DNA from: Myxococcota bacterium
GTDB lineage: Bacteria; Myxococcota_A; UBA796; CAJQPC01
Direction: 5' to 3'
Assembly (NCBI GenBank): GCA_023150775.1
Contig: JAKLKE010000004.1
Span: 2,049-66,048, forward strand
Length of the DNA stretch: 64,000 nt
A program made the translations under genes and the position numbers. Under the pieces are notes generated by a model, which worked only from the letters and a program-made list of their open reading frames with translations, was not told where the DNA came from and did not search any database. Below are positions 9,596-19,321 of the stretch, in pieces (position 1 is the first letter of the stretch; each line of letters begins with the position of its first letter).

Positions 9596-10054
9596 TCAGG
9601 AGTGTTTTGTAAACCGTACTACGATTTGGGCGGCCGCTTTGAAGTTTTCAGTGTCCAGCTGAGACCCTTTGTCAGGTGAATAGCGAAGCTCAGAGCTCCA
9701 ACCATCTACCAAAGCGAGATGTTCCAGAACTCTCGAATTGGTCGACCGCGCGCTCGACTTCGATGCATCTCGAAGCCGAATGAAGCCAGGATGGAAGAAA
9801 GTAAGCCAAGATATCGTGTGCTTACGATGAATCTCAGGCATCTTGCTGAACCCAAAGCTCTTCTGAAGAACAGGGTTCAAGGCTTCGAGCGTATCGACGC
9901 CATACTCTTCCATGAGCCTGACCTTGATCGTCATCTCCACCCAATAGCCGTAGAGATAGATGGCCCCGAGCCATCGTTGGGTGCTGAGGAGCGCCTCCGC
10001 GTCCTCAAAACGCCGTAGAGACGCCGCCCGCATCGTCGTCAGACCACTGTACAT
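9596..10054 (-). CDS. HEPN-domain protein
   Basis: RRFEDAEALL...GAIYLYGYWVEM.IK...HRKH...WSSELRY; lower GC; AGGAG RBS before MYSG. Confidence 0.75.
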   Translation of the reverse strand: MYSGLTTMRAASLRRFEDAEALLSTQRWLGAIYLYGYWVEMTIKVRLMEEYGVDTLEALNPVLQKSFGFSKMPEIHRKHTISWLTFFHPGFIRLRDASKSSARSTNSRVLEHLALVDGWSSELRYSPDKGSQLDTENFKAAAQIVVRFTKHS

Positions 10055-10165
10055 CCATCGCTCCTGTCTCGGAGGGGTCGTACAACTCCTATCGGCTATG
10101 CCACAACCCGTCAACAAGACGATCACCAATCTGGCAATTCCGTCAATCCCCCCGCCCGACCGGCG

Positions 10166-11551
10166 CTACCCGACCCAGGCGCCGTGGTAGGTCTCGGGCA
10201 CGGCGTGGTCAAACCAGGCGACGCCGACGGGGCCGTCCTCGGGGCGCTCGCCGTCGAGCACACCGACGCCGCTGACCTGCTGGTGGCCGTCGTAGATGAG
10301 CGTCAGCGCCCACACGTCCTGCTCCTCGGGGCCACGCTTCACCGGCACGGGCTCGCTGCAGCGCCAGTGCGACGGCGGCACCCAGCCCCGATGCCGGCCC
10401 TCACGCCAGTCGAGCCGGGCGATCCCCTGCTCCTTCGCCCCCCAGACCGTCCAGATGCGCTCGGCGGTTCCGCCCTCGCGGTCGGGGTGGACCCGGGGGA
10501 ACTCACAGCCTTGATCCCAGAGCTCCTCGCTGGAGAGGGTCCCGGCGGCGAGGTTGAGGGTCGCCCGGTGAATCCGCCCGGCGTCGCTCTCGGCGCTCAC
10601 GTCGTCGGTCTCTTTGGCCAGCTCGTTCAGGTTCAGCCTGGGGTAACGAACGTAGTCCACCTGAATCTGCTCGTTCGACAAGGAGACGCCCTGGACGGGG
10701 TGGAAACTCCAGAAGGCCTCGGTGGTGAAGCGGCGCGGCTGGTCGGGGGCGTCGATGGGCACGACGATCACCTCGGTGCCGCGCTCGGGCTCCCACTGGA
10801 ACAGGCTGGCGAGGTCGCCGAGGGCCAGCATGGCCTTGAAGACCTGCACGACCGCCGGGGAGATGAAGAAGACGAGGTGCCCCTCGGTGACGATGAAGTC
10901 GTGGAGCATCACCGGGGCGCTCAGCGGGATGGCGCAGAGGCGCTTGACGGGCTCGCCGTCGGGCATGGCGTAGACGTCGAGGGTGGTCACCCGGCCGTAA
11001 CGCAGCCCGAAGTTGTAGGTGGTGCGCCGGGCGTTGACCCGGTGGGGGTGCGCCGAGAACGTCCCGAGCAGCGCGCCGTCGAGGGTGGTCTCGCCGAGGG
11101 TCTCCAAGGTGTCGGGGTGGAGGACCGTGGGCAGCCCCGCCTCACACAGGGCCAAGAGCTGACCGCCGTGCCAGAAGACGCTCGTGTTGGCCGGGTTGCG
11201 GCTCTCACCCTTGAGCTGGTGGTAGAGGCGGGTGAGCCACGGCGCCCCAGAGCCGTAGAGGCGCCGACCGGCGGCGCGCTCACGCTTGAGGCCGTTGGTC
11301 TCGACGACCCGGGCGGCGCCCTGGGCGGCGCCGTCACCAAAACGCACCGCCGAGATCACCCCATCGGCCTCAAAGGCGTGCCGCAGGCGCTTGCCGTGCA
11401 GCTCAAAGAGCCCGGGGCCGTTGCGGTAGAGGGTGCCGTGAAGCCCCTCGGGCAGACGACCCTCGACACGCAGCGGCTCGAAGCCGTGGCCGCGGGAGAG
11501 GTTGTTGTTCAGCGGCCGCCAGTCGGTCGGGAGCTTGGCTTGAGCGTTCAT
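10166..11551 (-). CDS. Carotenoid/stilbene cleavage oxygenase family protein
   Basis: GTLYRNGPG, TFSAHP, MLHDF, SFHP, EFPR, YHGAW (four His iron ligands). Confidence 0.92.
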   Translation of the reverse strand: MNAQAKLPTDWRPLNNNLSRGHGFEPLRVEGRLPEGLHGTLYRNGPGLFELHGKRLRHAFEADGVISAVRFGDGAAQGAARVVETNGLKRERAAGRRLYGSGAPWLTRLYHQLKGESRNPANTSVFWHGGQLLALCEAGLPTVLHPDTLETLGETTLDGALLGTFSAHPHRVNARRTTYNFGLRYGRVTTLDVYAMPDGEPVKRLCAIPLSAPVMLHDFIVTEGHLVFFISPAVVQVFKAMLALGDLASLFQWEPERGTEVIVVPIDAPDQPRRFTTEAFWSFHPVQGVSLSNEQIQVDYVRYPRLNLNELAKETDDVSAESDAGRIHRATLNLAAGTLSSEELWDQGCEFPRVHPDREGGTAERIWTVWGAKEQGIARLDWREGRHRGWVPPSHWRCSEPVPVKRGPEEQDVWALTLIYDGHQQVSGVGVLDGERPEDGPVGVAWFDHAVPETYHGAWVG

Positions 11552-11581
11552 AGGCACGTCCAGGGTGTTGTTGTTCCTCAG

Positions 11582-11598
11582 TGTAAACGACGTTTACA
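11582..11598. promoter_or_regulatory. Palindromic operator, probably for the adjacent TetR
   Basis: TGTAAAC-GAC-GTTTACA perfect 7-3-7 inverted repeat between divergent genes. Confidence 0.7.
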
Positions 11599-11669
11599 AT
11601 GTGGTCAACGCTTATTTAAATGACGCGGCGACCGTTGACCGCCCCCCACGACACGCTAAGAGCCTGCCG

Positions 11670-12413
11670 ATGCCCCACGAACGTTACCATCACGGCGATC
11701 TCCGGCGCGCGCTGCTCGACGCGGCGATGGCGCTGATCGAAGAGAACGGCGGCCCCCACGGCTGGTCGCTCCGAGAGGCCGCCCGCCGCGCGGGGGTCTC
11801 GCCGGGGGCGCCCTACCGTCACTTTGAGGACAAACAGGCGCTCTTGGTGGCCCTGGGTGTGGAGGGGCTGGAGCGCCTGAACGCCCTGTGCGCTGAAGAG
11901 GCCGCCGCCCGCGAGGCCGATCCGCTCTCCCAGTTCCGGGCCATGGGCATCGCCACGGTGCGCTTCGCCGCGCACAACCCGGTCCATTACCGGGTCATGA
12001 ACCTGCCCGAGGTCTTGACGGCCCTCAAGCCGCAGCTCCAGCCCGCCCAGGATCGTGTGGACGCTATGGTGGACGCGGCGGTCGCCCAGCCCGGGGTGCG
12101 GCTCGACGACGCCGCGCTGTTGAGCCTCGCGGGCCAGGCCATGGTCTACGGCATCGCCCGCATGTTTGTGGACGGCCACTTCGCGGCGATGGGCGTCGGC
12201 CCAGAGCAGGCGGAGCCCCTCGCTGCGCGCCTCACGGAGATCTTGGGCACCGGCTTCTTCGCCTCAGGCGCCGCGCAGACGACGGCGGTCCAGGCGGGCC
12301 TCGCCGAGGGTGAGCCTGATCCAACCCGACAACAGCCCGATCACCAATCTGTCAATTCCGTCAAATCGGTTGGCCCCGGCGAGGATCTCAGCTATGATCC
12401 CGACGCTCTCTGA
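11670..12413 (+). CDS. TetR/AcrR family regulator
   Basis: YHHGDLRRALL...SLREAARRAGVSPGAPYRHF. Confidence 0.92.
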   Translation: MPHERYHHGDLRRALLDAAMALIEENGGPHGWSLREAARRAGVSPGAPYRHFEDKQALLVALGVEGLERLNALCAEEAAAREADPLSQFRAMGIATVRFAAHNPVHYRVMNLPEVLTALKPQLQPAQDRVDAMVDAAVAQPGVRLDDAALLSLAGQAMVYGIARMFVDGHFAAMGVGPEQAEPLAARLTEILGTGFFASGAAQTTAVQAGLAEGEPDPTRQQPDHQSVNSVKSVGPGEDLSYDPDAL

Positions 12414-12427
12414 CAACCCAACCGCAT

Positions 12428-12602
12428 GAGGTGCCTCACGGCGACGCCGTGGGGTGAAACGGGAAGTCGGTAGGGCCTTTGGGCCGATTCCGACGCGGCC
12501 CCCGCCACTGTGACCAGGGACGTCCTCCGCATATGCCACTGCGCCATCGGCGCGGGAAGGCGCGGAGAGACGGCTTGACCTGGGAGCCAGGAGACCGGCC
12601 TC
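12428..12602 (+). promoter_or_regulatory. Cobalamin riboswitch
   Basis: GGTGC...AAACGGGAAGTCGGT...CCGACGCGGCCCCCGCCACTGTGA...GCCACTG...GGGAAGG...GAGCCAGGAGACCGGCC; upstream of TonB receptor. Confidence 0.95.
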
Positions 12603-12692
12603 ATCGCGACGACACGACCGCTCTCCGGGGATGGAGGGCCGGGCTCCTCCGCGTTCGCGGGCGCTCGGCGCTGCCTTGAGGGCGGAGGACTC

Positions 12693-14765
12693 ATGACGCT
12701 CTTCGCCCTGCTCTCGTTTTCCGCCGCCTTCGCCCAGGAGGAGGGGCCACGCTCTGCCCCGGCGGAGGGGGAGGTGCCGGGCGCGGAGATCACCGTCGAG
12801 GCCCAGGCCCCCGGCGCCCGCGCCCTGGACGACCCCACGAGCGTCACGATCATCGACGTCGACGAGCGCCTCTCCGCCGCCGCGGACCTCGCCGACGTCA
12901 TCGAGACGGCCACGGGCACCACCGTCGTGCAGCTCGGCGGCCTGGGCGATCTCAGCGCGGTGAGCATCCGCGGGTCGAGCCTACGCCAGGTGCAGGTCTT
13001 CCTCGACGGCGTGCCCTTAAACCCCGATGGCAGCGCCGTCGTGAACCTCTCCGAGCTGCCGCTCCAGGCCTTCTCCCGGGTCGAGGTCTACCGAGGCAAC
13101 GCCCCGCCGCTCTTCGCCGCCGCGCCCATGGGCGGGGTGATCAACCTCGTGAGCCAGCCCGGCGCGCCCGCGCCCAGGGCCCGGGCCTCTGTGGGCAGCT
13201 ACGGCACGCTCCAGGGCGGCGCTTCAGGGGGGGCGAGCGCCCAGCGCTGGGGGGGTCAGACCGACCTCTGGCTCATCGCTGAAGGGATGCGCACCCGCGG
13301 CGACTTCGACGCCTTCTCCGACAACGCCACGCCCTACAACCCCCTCGACGACGACCTCGGCCCCCGGCTCAACAACCAGAAGGCCCAGGTGATGACCCAC
13401 GCCCGGGCCCGCTACATCGGCGCCTCGGGCCGGGTGACCTTGGTCTCCAGCCTCTTGCAGCGCGGCGAGGGCCTGCCCGGCCCCGTCGAGAGCCCCGCCG
13501 TCCGCGCCCAGCTCGACACCACCCGCCACGTCGGCGTGCTGGAGGCCGAGCGCTGCGGTGAGCTGGCCATCGCCCAGGCCCGGGCCTTCCGCACCGACCG
13601 CGTCGAACGTTTTGATGACCGCGACGGCGAGCTGGGCAGCGGCGGGCTCCACCAGCAGAGCGCCTTCGCCACCACGGGCCTGCTCCTCCACGGCGCCTGG
13701 GCCCCAGCACCCTGGGTCAACCCCAGCCTCACCCTGAGCGGCCGCGTCGATGGCGTCACCCAGACCGACCTCACGAGCGGCGAAGCGGACGATCCCCGGC
13801 GCCGCCTCGCCGGATCCGCGGCCTTGGCCCTGCCGATGCACCTCGGCGACGGCGTCTGGGAGCTGAGCCCGGTGCTCCAAGGCCAAGCCCTCAACTCCCG
13901 GGCGATCGGCGCCGTGCCCGTCACGGAGCTGCCGATCGTGGAGGAGGGTGAGCACCTGCTTCTGGCGTTCACCCCGCGTCTGGGCGTCTCTGTGCAGCCG
14001 ACGAGCTGGCTCGCGCTGCGCACAAACGCCGGGCGATTTCTGCGCGCGCCCGACTTCACCGAGCTGTTCGGTGAGCGCGGCGCGATTCAAGGAAACCCCA
14101 GCTTGCGCCCCGAGCGGGGGGTGCAGGCCGACCTCGGCGCCCGAGCCCAGTGGACGCCGGCCTGGGGCGCGGTGTGGCTCGACGCCGCCGGCTTTATCAA
14201 CCAGGCCGAAGACCTCATCGTGCTCGTGCAGAACGCCCAGCGCAGCTCGGTTCCGGTCAATCTCGGCGAGGCCCGCACCGTCGGCGCCGAGCTGGCCCTC
14301 ACGCTCACTGTGCTGGATCGCCTCGACAGCCAGACCAACCTCACCTGGACCCGCTCCGAGAGCCTCGTGGACCGCCCCGAGCTCTACAAAAACCAGCTCC
14401 CCCGGGTGCCGGTCTGGGAGCTGAGCCAGGCGACGAGCGCGCAGATTGTGCCCGCCCTGCGGATTGGGCACACCTGGAGCTATGTGGACGGCAACTACTG
14501 GGACGCGACGAATTTTTATGAGGCCGCTCCGAGGGCCATTCACGGCGCCTTCGCCCGGCTGACCGTAGATAGTCTCTCCGCCGAGCTCTCTGTGCTCAAC
14601 CTCACCGATCGAATCACCCAGGTCGTCGATCGATCCCCCACAGACCCAGACGACGACGCCCTCATCGTGGCGCCGATGACCGACTTCGTGGGCTACCCCC
14701 TCGCCGGGCGCACCCTGATGTTCACCTTACGCTGGGCCCCCGAAGGCCCAGAGGAGACACCATGA
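12693..14765 (+). CDS. TonB-dependent receptor, BtuB-like
   Basis: Signal peptide, plug SIRGS..QVQVFLDGVP, RVEVYRG, GGVINLV, GNPSLRPE; under B12 riboswitch. Confidence 0.9.
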   Translation: MTLFALLSFSAAFAQEEGPRSAPAEGEVPGAEITVEAQAPGARALDDPTSVTIIDVDERLSAAADLADVIETATGTTVVQLGGLGDLSAVSIRGSSLRQVQVFLDGVPLNPDGSAVVNLSELPLQAFSRVEVYRGNAPPLFAAAPMGGVINLVSQPGAPAPRARASVGSYGTLQGGASGGASAQRWGGQTDLWLIAEGMRTRGDFDAFSDNATPYNPLDDDLGPRLNNQKAQVMTHARARYIGASGRVTLVSSLLQRGEGLPGPVESPAVRAQLDTTRHVGVLEAERCGELAIAQARAFRTDRVERFDDRDGELGSGGLHQQSAFATTGLLLHGAWAPAPWVNPSLTLSGRVDGVTQTDLTSGEADDPRRRLAGSAALALPMHLGDGVWELSPVLQGQALNSRAIGAVPVTELPIVEEGEHLLLAFTPRLGVSVQPTSWLALRTNAGRFLRAPDFTELFGERGAIQGNPSLRPERGVQADLGARAQWTPAWGAVWLDAAGFINQAEDLIVLVQNAQRSSVPVNLGEARTVGAELALTLTVLDRLDSQTNLTWTRSESLVDRPELYKNQLPRVPVWELSQATSAQIVPALRIGHTWSYVDGNYWDATNFYEAAPRAIHGAFARLTVDSLSAELSVLNLTDRITQVVDRSPTDPDDDALIVAPMTDFVGYPLAGRTLMFTLRWAPEGPEETP

Positions 14766-15862
14766 CCGTCTTTTCTCTCACGCGCTGGACGGCCCTCGCC
14801 AGCCTGGGCCTCATCGCCTGCAAAGACGCCGACGACGGCCTCCTCGACGACACAGACGCCACGGCAGACGGCGCGCTGGCCGTCATCACCACCGTCGCCC
14901 AAGACTACGCCACGGGGGGATTCGCCACGGTGTCCCTCGACGACTGGACGGTGAACGACGGCCTCTTCTTGACGACGGGCGACGCCGCGCTGAGCGTTGA
15001 CGCCGGGGTGATCTACCAGATCAACCGCTACGGATACGACAACCTGCGGCGCTACACCCCGGGTGAGTGGGCGGCGCCGATGTGGGAGCGCAGCACCGGA
15101 GATCGCACAAACCCCTACGACGCCGCCACCTGCGCCGGCAAGCTCTTCGTGAGCCTGTACAATGACGACGCCTTGGCCGTGCTGGACCCCATGACCGGGG
15201 ATCTGCTCAGCGAGGTGGATCTCAGCGAGGCCGTGATTCAGGGCGGGCCAGAGTCCGAGGCCACGGAGCTGATCGTGCGGGGTGACGCCCTCTATGTGGC
15301 GCTCAACGGCCTCGATCAGGCGAACGGCTGGGCGAGCGTCGGCGGCGCGGTGGTGGAGGTGGACTGTGTGGGTGAGACGGTCACCGGGCGCTGGGCCGTG
15401 GGCGGCAACACCCAGCTCCACGACTGGGACGGCGCGGGCCTGCTCGTCTCCTCCGAGTCCATCGACGGCGCCGGGGCCGGGGTGTGGTCGCTAGACCCCG
15501 ACGAGGACGAGCTCACGAAGCTCATCGACGGCGACCGCCTCGGCGGGGCCATCAGCGACGTGGCGGCCTCGGGCGCGGACGCCTTGATCCTCACCCCCTC
15601 GGCGGACTACGCCACATACACCATGACCTGCGCGGATCTGGGCACGGGCGCGCTCACCGAGCTCGGCAGCTTCTCCGAATATCTGCCCAAGGTCGAGGTG
15701 AACGATCGGGGCGAGGCCTGGGTGATCGCCCGCTGGGGCTGGGCGGATCCGGCGAACGACAAGCCGGGGATCTACGTCGTGGACCTGGCGAGCTGCGCGC
15801 TCAAGAACGCCGAGGACCCGATCACCTTCACCTTGGCGCCCTACGATCTGGACTGGTTGTGA
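14762..15862 (+). CDS. Beta-propeller lipoprotein (YncE/BtuG-like)
   Basis: Lipobox LIAC, repeated blades (NPYD..., LYVAL...), coupled to TonB receptor. Confidence 0.65.
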   Translation: MTVFSLTRWTALASLGLIACKDADDGLLDDTDATADGALAVITTVAQDYATGGFATVSLDDWTVNDGLFLTTGDAALSVDAGVIYQINRYGYDNLRRYTPGEWAAPMWERSTGDRTNPYDAATCAGKLFVSLYNDDALAVLDPMTGDLLSEVDLSEAVIQGGPESEATELIVRGDALYVALNGLDQANGWASVGGAVVEVDCVGETVTGRWAVGGNTQLHDWDGAGLLVSSESIDGAGAGVWSLDPDEDELTKLIDGDRLGGAISDVAASGADALILTPSADYATYTMTCADLGTGALTELGSFSEYLPKVEVNDRGEAWVIARWGWADPANDKPGIYVVDLASCALKNAEDPITFTLAPYDLDWL

Positions 15863-15867
15863 TCGGG

Positions 15868-16218
15868 ATGAGGCGCCGCCGCATAACGAGCCTGCTCGGC
15901 CTCGTGGTCTTTTTTGTGGGCTGTGTGCCCGAGGCGCCCGAGGCCTGCCTCACCCTCTGCGACGCCGTCGTCGAGGCCACGAGCGCCTGCTTAGAGGCCG
16001 AGGAGCTCACCTGGACGGCCAAAGGATATGACGACGAGGCCGCCTTCTTGTCGTCGTGTGAGACCTGGGCCTGGGAGCAGGCGCAGCTCGCCCAAGGGGA
16101 CTTGGACGAGCTTCAGGGGGCCTGCGCGGCGTCCGAGACGGCGGTGCGGGCTTTGCCGACGCCGCCGTCTTGCGCGGAGATCACTGAGACGCGCTGGTCG
16201 TCGCCGTCTTGGGAGTGA
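15868..16218 (+). CDS. Small Cys-containing lipoprotein
   Basis: MRRRR..FFVGC lipobox, several Cys; 3' part of ORF 15484..16218. Confidence 0.55.
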   Translation: MRRRRITSLLGLVVFFVGCVPEAPEACLTLCDAVVEATSACLEAEELTWTAKGYDDEAAFLSSCETWAWEQAQLAQGDLDELQGACAASETAVRALPTPPSCAEITETRWSSPSWE

Positions 16219-17329
16219 GGGCGCCCACCTCGTCCTGGAAAGGCTTGAGGTCGATGGCCTGGCCCGCGGAGCTGAGGGCCTGGGCCTCGGCGAGCTCAAG
16301 AACGGCGGCGGCGTAGTCGCGGCGGGCCTCGGCCTCCTTGAGCTTGGCCCGGGCGGCCTTCACCTCGGCGCCCTCGGCCTTCTCGGCGCCTTTCGCGGCG
16401 CTGGCGTCGGCGGAGCGGGCGTCCACGGCGGCCTCGGCGGCCTTGGCGTTCGCGCGCTCCATCTCCGTGGCCTGCTTGGCCTCAGCGACGGCGTCTTTGG
16501 TGGCGCTGACCTGGTCTTTCTGGGCGTCAACCTGGTCTTTCTGCGCGGCGACCGCCCCGTCAGCCTTCTCGTTCGCCTGCTTGGCCTCGGCCTTCGCGGC
16601 CTTCACGTCACCCTTGGCGAGCTTCACCTGGGCCCCGGCCTCTTTCTCGGCGGCCTTGGCGTCGTGGGCCTTGGACTTGGCGTCTTTCACGGCGGACTTC
16701 GCCGTCTTGATGGCGACCTTGGCGTCGTTCACGACGTCTTTGCTCGTGGCGTCGGCCTTGAGCTCGGCCTTGCGGGCCTTGTACGCCGCCTTGGCCTCGA
16801 CCACCCGGGCCTTCGCCGCGGCGACCGACGCGTTGGCCTCCTCCGTCTTCACCTTGGCCGCCGTCTCATCGGCCTTGCGGGCCTCGTACACGGCCTCGCG
16901 GGCGGCGATGTTGGCTTTGCCTTGGTCCTCGACGGCTTTGGCTTGGTCTTTCACCGCCGAGAGCTCACTCTTGGCCTCACGAACGTCGGCCTTCGCGGCC
17001 TTCACGTCGTCTTTGCTGGCCTTGACGTCCCCCTTGGCGTCTTTCACCGCGCCATCGGCGGCGTCCGCGTCGTTCTTGGCGGCCTGAACCTCGTCCTTGG
17101 CGTCGGCGCGGGCGGCCTCGGCGGCGGCCTCAGCGGCCTCGGCGGCCTCCAGGGCGGCTTGAGCGCTCTTGACGTCGGACTCAGCGGCGGCCAGGGCGTT
17201 CTGGGGGTCGATGAGGTTTGTGCGGGCGTCGGCGGAGAGCGCGCTGAGCGCCGCGTCATCGACCTTGGGCCCCGCGATGGCCAGAGAGCCCACAACGAGC
17301 GCGAGCGTGACGATGAGTGAACGAAGCAT
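16181..17329 (-). CDS. Secreted Ala/Lys-rich coiled-coil protein
   Basis: Signal peptide followed by about 300 aa of heptad repeats (AK.DV.AAK); GGAG RBS; strong codon bias. Confidence 0.75.
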   Translation of the reverse strand: MLRSLIVTLALVVGSLAIAGPKVDDAALSALSADARTNLIDPQNALAAAESDVKSAQAALEAAEAAEAAAEAARADAKDEVQAAKNDADAADGAVKDAKGDVKASKDDVKAAKADVREAKSELSAVKDQAKAVEDQGKANIAAREAVYEARKADETAAKVKTEEANASVAAAKARVVEAKAAYKARKAELKADATSKDVVNDAKVAIKTAKSAVKDAKSKAHDAKAAEKEAGAQVKLAKGDVKAAKAEAKQANEKADGAVAAQKDQVDAQKDQVSATKDAVAEAKQATEMERANAKAAEAAVDARSADASAAKGAEKAEGAEVKAARAKLKEAEARRDYAAAVLELAEAQALSSAGQAIDLKPFQDEVGALTPKTATTSASQ

Positions 17330-17491
17330 AGTTTCTCTCCAGGAGATTGTATTGCTGAACTGTACAAGGTCAATGTAACGTCAACTCCTAGGCAGGATCT
17401 GTTTCGTTTTGTTTTCATTTCCCCTTGACCTCTCTACAGCAGGTGATCGTGCGCACTTGCCGAGGCGCCTGGGTCGGGGCATTGGGGTGGG

Positions 17492-17854
17492 GTGAACCCG
17501 CTCAAACGTGCCCTTCATCTCCTCGCCGTGGGCCTTTTTGGGCTCTCGGCCTTGGTGCAGCTCAACGACCCAGACCCTTGGGGCTGGACGTTCGTGTACC
17601 TCGTCGCCGCGCTCCTCGCCGGGCTCAACGCCGCCGGGCGCCCCTCCCCCGGCCTCGCCCGTGGCCTCGCCGCCGTCGCCGCGCTGTGGGCCCTGAGCCT
17701 CGTGCCGTCGCTGGGGCCGGTCACTCTGAGCGAGCTGGTCTCCGACATGAAGATGCTGCGCCCCGAGGTCGAGTTTGCCCGTGAGCTCGGCGGCCTGTTG
17801 ATCATCACGCTCTACGCCTTGCCCACCGCCCTCCCCCGTCGCCGAGGCGCCTGA
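17492..17854 (+). CDS. TMEM220-family membrane protein
   Basis: VQLNDPDPWGWT..Y and E..RELGGL motifs. Confidence 0.85.
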   Translation: MNPLKRALHLLAVGLFGLSALVQLNDPDPWGWTFVYLVAALLAGLNAAGRPSPGLARGLAAVAALWALSLVPSLGPVTLSELVSDMKMLRPEVEFARELGGLLIITLYALPTALPRRRGA

Positions 17855-18621
17855 TGTCCCCCCGAGCCGCCGCCCTGCTCACCGCCTTTGGCCTCGCCGC
17901 CTGGGCAACCCCCGCTGGGGCCACCTGGTCCCTCGTCGCCGTTGACCCCGCGACCGGTGAGGTCGGCGCCGCCGCGGCCACCTGCGGGAAGATGGTCTGG
18001 TTCATCGCGGAGGTGGTCCCCGGGCGCGGCGCCGTCGTCGCCCAGGCCGACACGCTCCTCGACGGGCGTGACCTCGGCGCCGAGGGCCTCGCCGCGGGGC
18101 TCACCCCGGGGGAGATCCTCGACGAGCTGACCGATCCGGCGTTTGATCCGGCGTTTGAGACGCGGCAATACGGCGTCGCCGCCCTCTCCGGCGAGGCCGC
18201 GGCCTTCACCGGCGCCGAGGCTGAAGACGTCGCGATCTCCATGGGCGACGGCTCGTTGACCGTTCAGGGCAACCTCCTCATCGGGGCGGCCGTCGTCGAG
18301 GACAGCTTCGCCGCGTTCCAAGACGCCGAGGGCCTGCCCATGGAGGAGCGCCTCATGCGTGGGCTTGAGGCCGGGGCCGCCCAAGGAGGGGACTCCCGCT
18401 GCCCGCCCGAGCGCGCGGCGAAGAGCGCGTTCATCACCGTCGCGACCGAAGACGGTGAGCTGCGAACCTGGCGAGACCGGGGCTATGGCCCGCCCATCGA
18501 GGGCCTCCGCGCAGAGCTGAACGGCTCGGGCTGCGCGAGCGCGCCGGGCCAAGGGTCGGGCCAGTGGCTGTGGGCGCTGGCCGGGCTCGACGTGCTCAGG
18601 CGCCGTCGCCGGGCAGCTTGA
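17854..18621 (+). CDS. DUF1028 (Ntn-hydrolase-like) exported protein with MYXO-CTERM-like tail
   Basis: ATWSLVAVDPATGEVG, RQYG, VQGNLL, GGDSRC; C-terminus GCASAPG...WLWAL...RRRRR. Confidence 0.85.
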   Translation: MSPRAAALLTAFGLAAWATPAGATWSLVAVDPATGEVGAAAATCGKMVWFIAEVVPGRGAVVAQADTLLDGRDLGAEGLAAGLTPGEILDELTDPAFDPAFETRQYGVAALSGEAAAFTGAEAEDVAISMGDGSLTVQGNLLIGAAVVEDSFAAFQDAEGLPMEERLMRGLEAGAAQGGDSRCPPERAAKSAFITVATEDGELRTWRDRGYGPPIEGLRAELNGSGCASAPGQGSGQWLWALAGLDVLRRRRRAA

Positions 18622-19264
18622 GCACATACACCGGGGTGAGGCTGTAGTCGCCGTCCGGCGCTGGCGGGGCGGTGACGGGGATCGTCTCGCCCGCGAGGTC
18701 GGCGGCGGTGCCCGCGTAGCCGTAGACGTAGATCGCCTCGGCCTGGCCGTCCTCGCCGACGCCGTCGGTGGCGATGTACGCGCCGTAGAGTGAGCCCGCC
18801 GCCGCCTGGTCGGCGTCGTCCTTGAGGCCGGCGACGATGTCGGGGTGCAAGGCGCCGAGGCCGAGGAGCAAGGTCGTGGGGAGCCCCTCAGCGCCCTCGC
18901 AGGCGCCGTCGACCTGAGGCAGCTCCACGAGCCACCAGTGGTAGATCGCGGCGTCGGGCGACGGGACGTCTATGGCGGAGATCGGCGCGCGCAGGCTCTC
19001 GCAGATCGGCCCGTCGCTGGGCGTCTCCGGCAGGAGCGTGTAGTTGACCGTGAGCGCGGTGAGCGCGCCGCCGCTGAGGCTCGCCGTGGCGCCGACGGTG
19101 TACCAGGCCGGGGTCTGGGCGCCGGAGTCCGCCGACATCGTGTCGGAGTCGTCGGCGGTGTCGTCGGCGGAGGCGGCCGTGTCGGAGCTGTCGATCCGCC
19201 CTGTGCTGTCCAAGGACGTGCAGCTCGGCAGCAGCGCGATCAGCGCGAAGAGAACGAACATCAT
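18596..19264 (-). CDS. Hypothetical acidic lipoprotein
   Basis: LLPSC lipobox, DSSDT linker, C-terminal VYGYAG...GDYSLTPVY. Confidence 0.6.
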   Translation of the reverse strand: MMFVLFALIALLPSCTSLDSTGRIDSSDTAASADDTADDSDTMSADSGAQTPAWYTVGATASLSGGALTALTVNYTLLPETPSDGPICESLRAPISAIDVPSPDAAIYHWWLVELPQVDGACEGAEGLPTTLLLGLGALHPDIVAGLKDDADQAAAGSLYGAYIATDGVGEDGQAEAIYVYGYAGTAADLAGETIPVTAPPAPDGDYSLTPVYVLKLPGDGA

Positions 19265-19321
19265 CGCTCCAGTGACGACCCTGCCTGCCTGGGCCAGCAT
19301 AGCCTAGCCACAGCGCCGCCG

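Noticed and set aside
10184-11623. Numerous long antisense ORFs (e.g. 10184..11623, 49269..50951, 16028..17320)
   Set aside because: Expected shadows of high-GC codon bias opposite well-supported genes.
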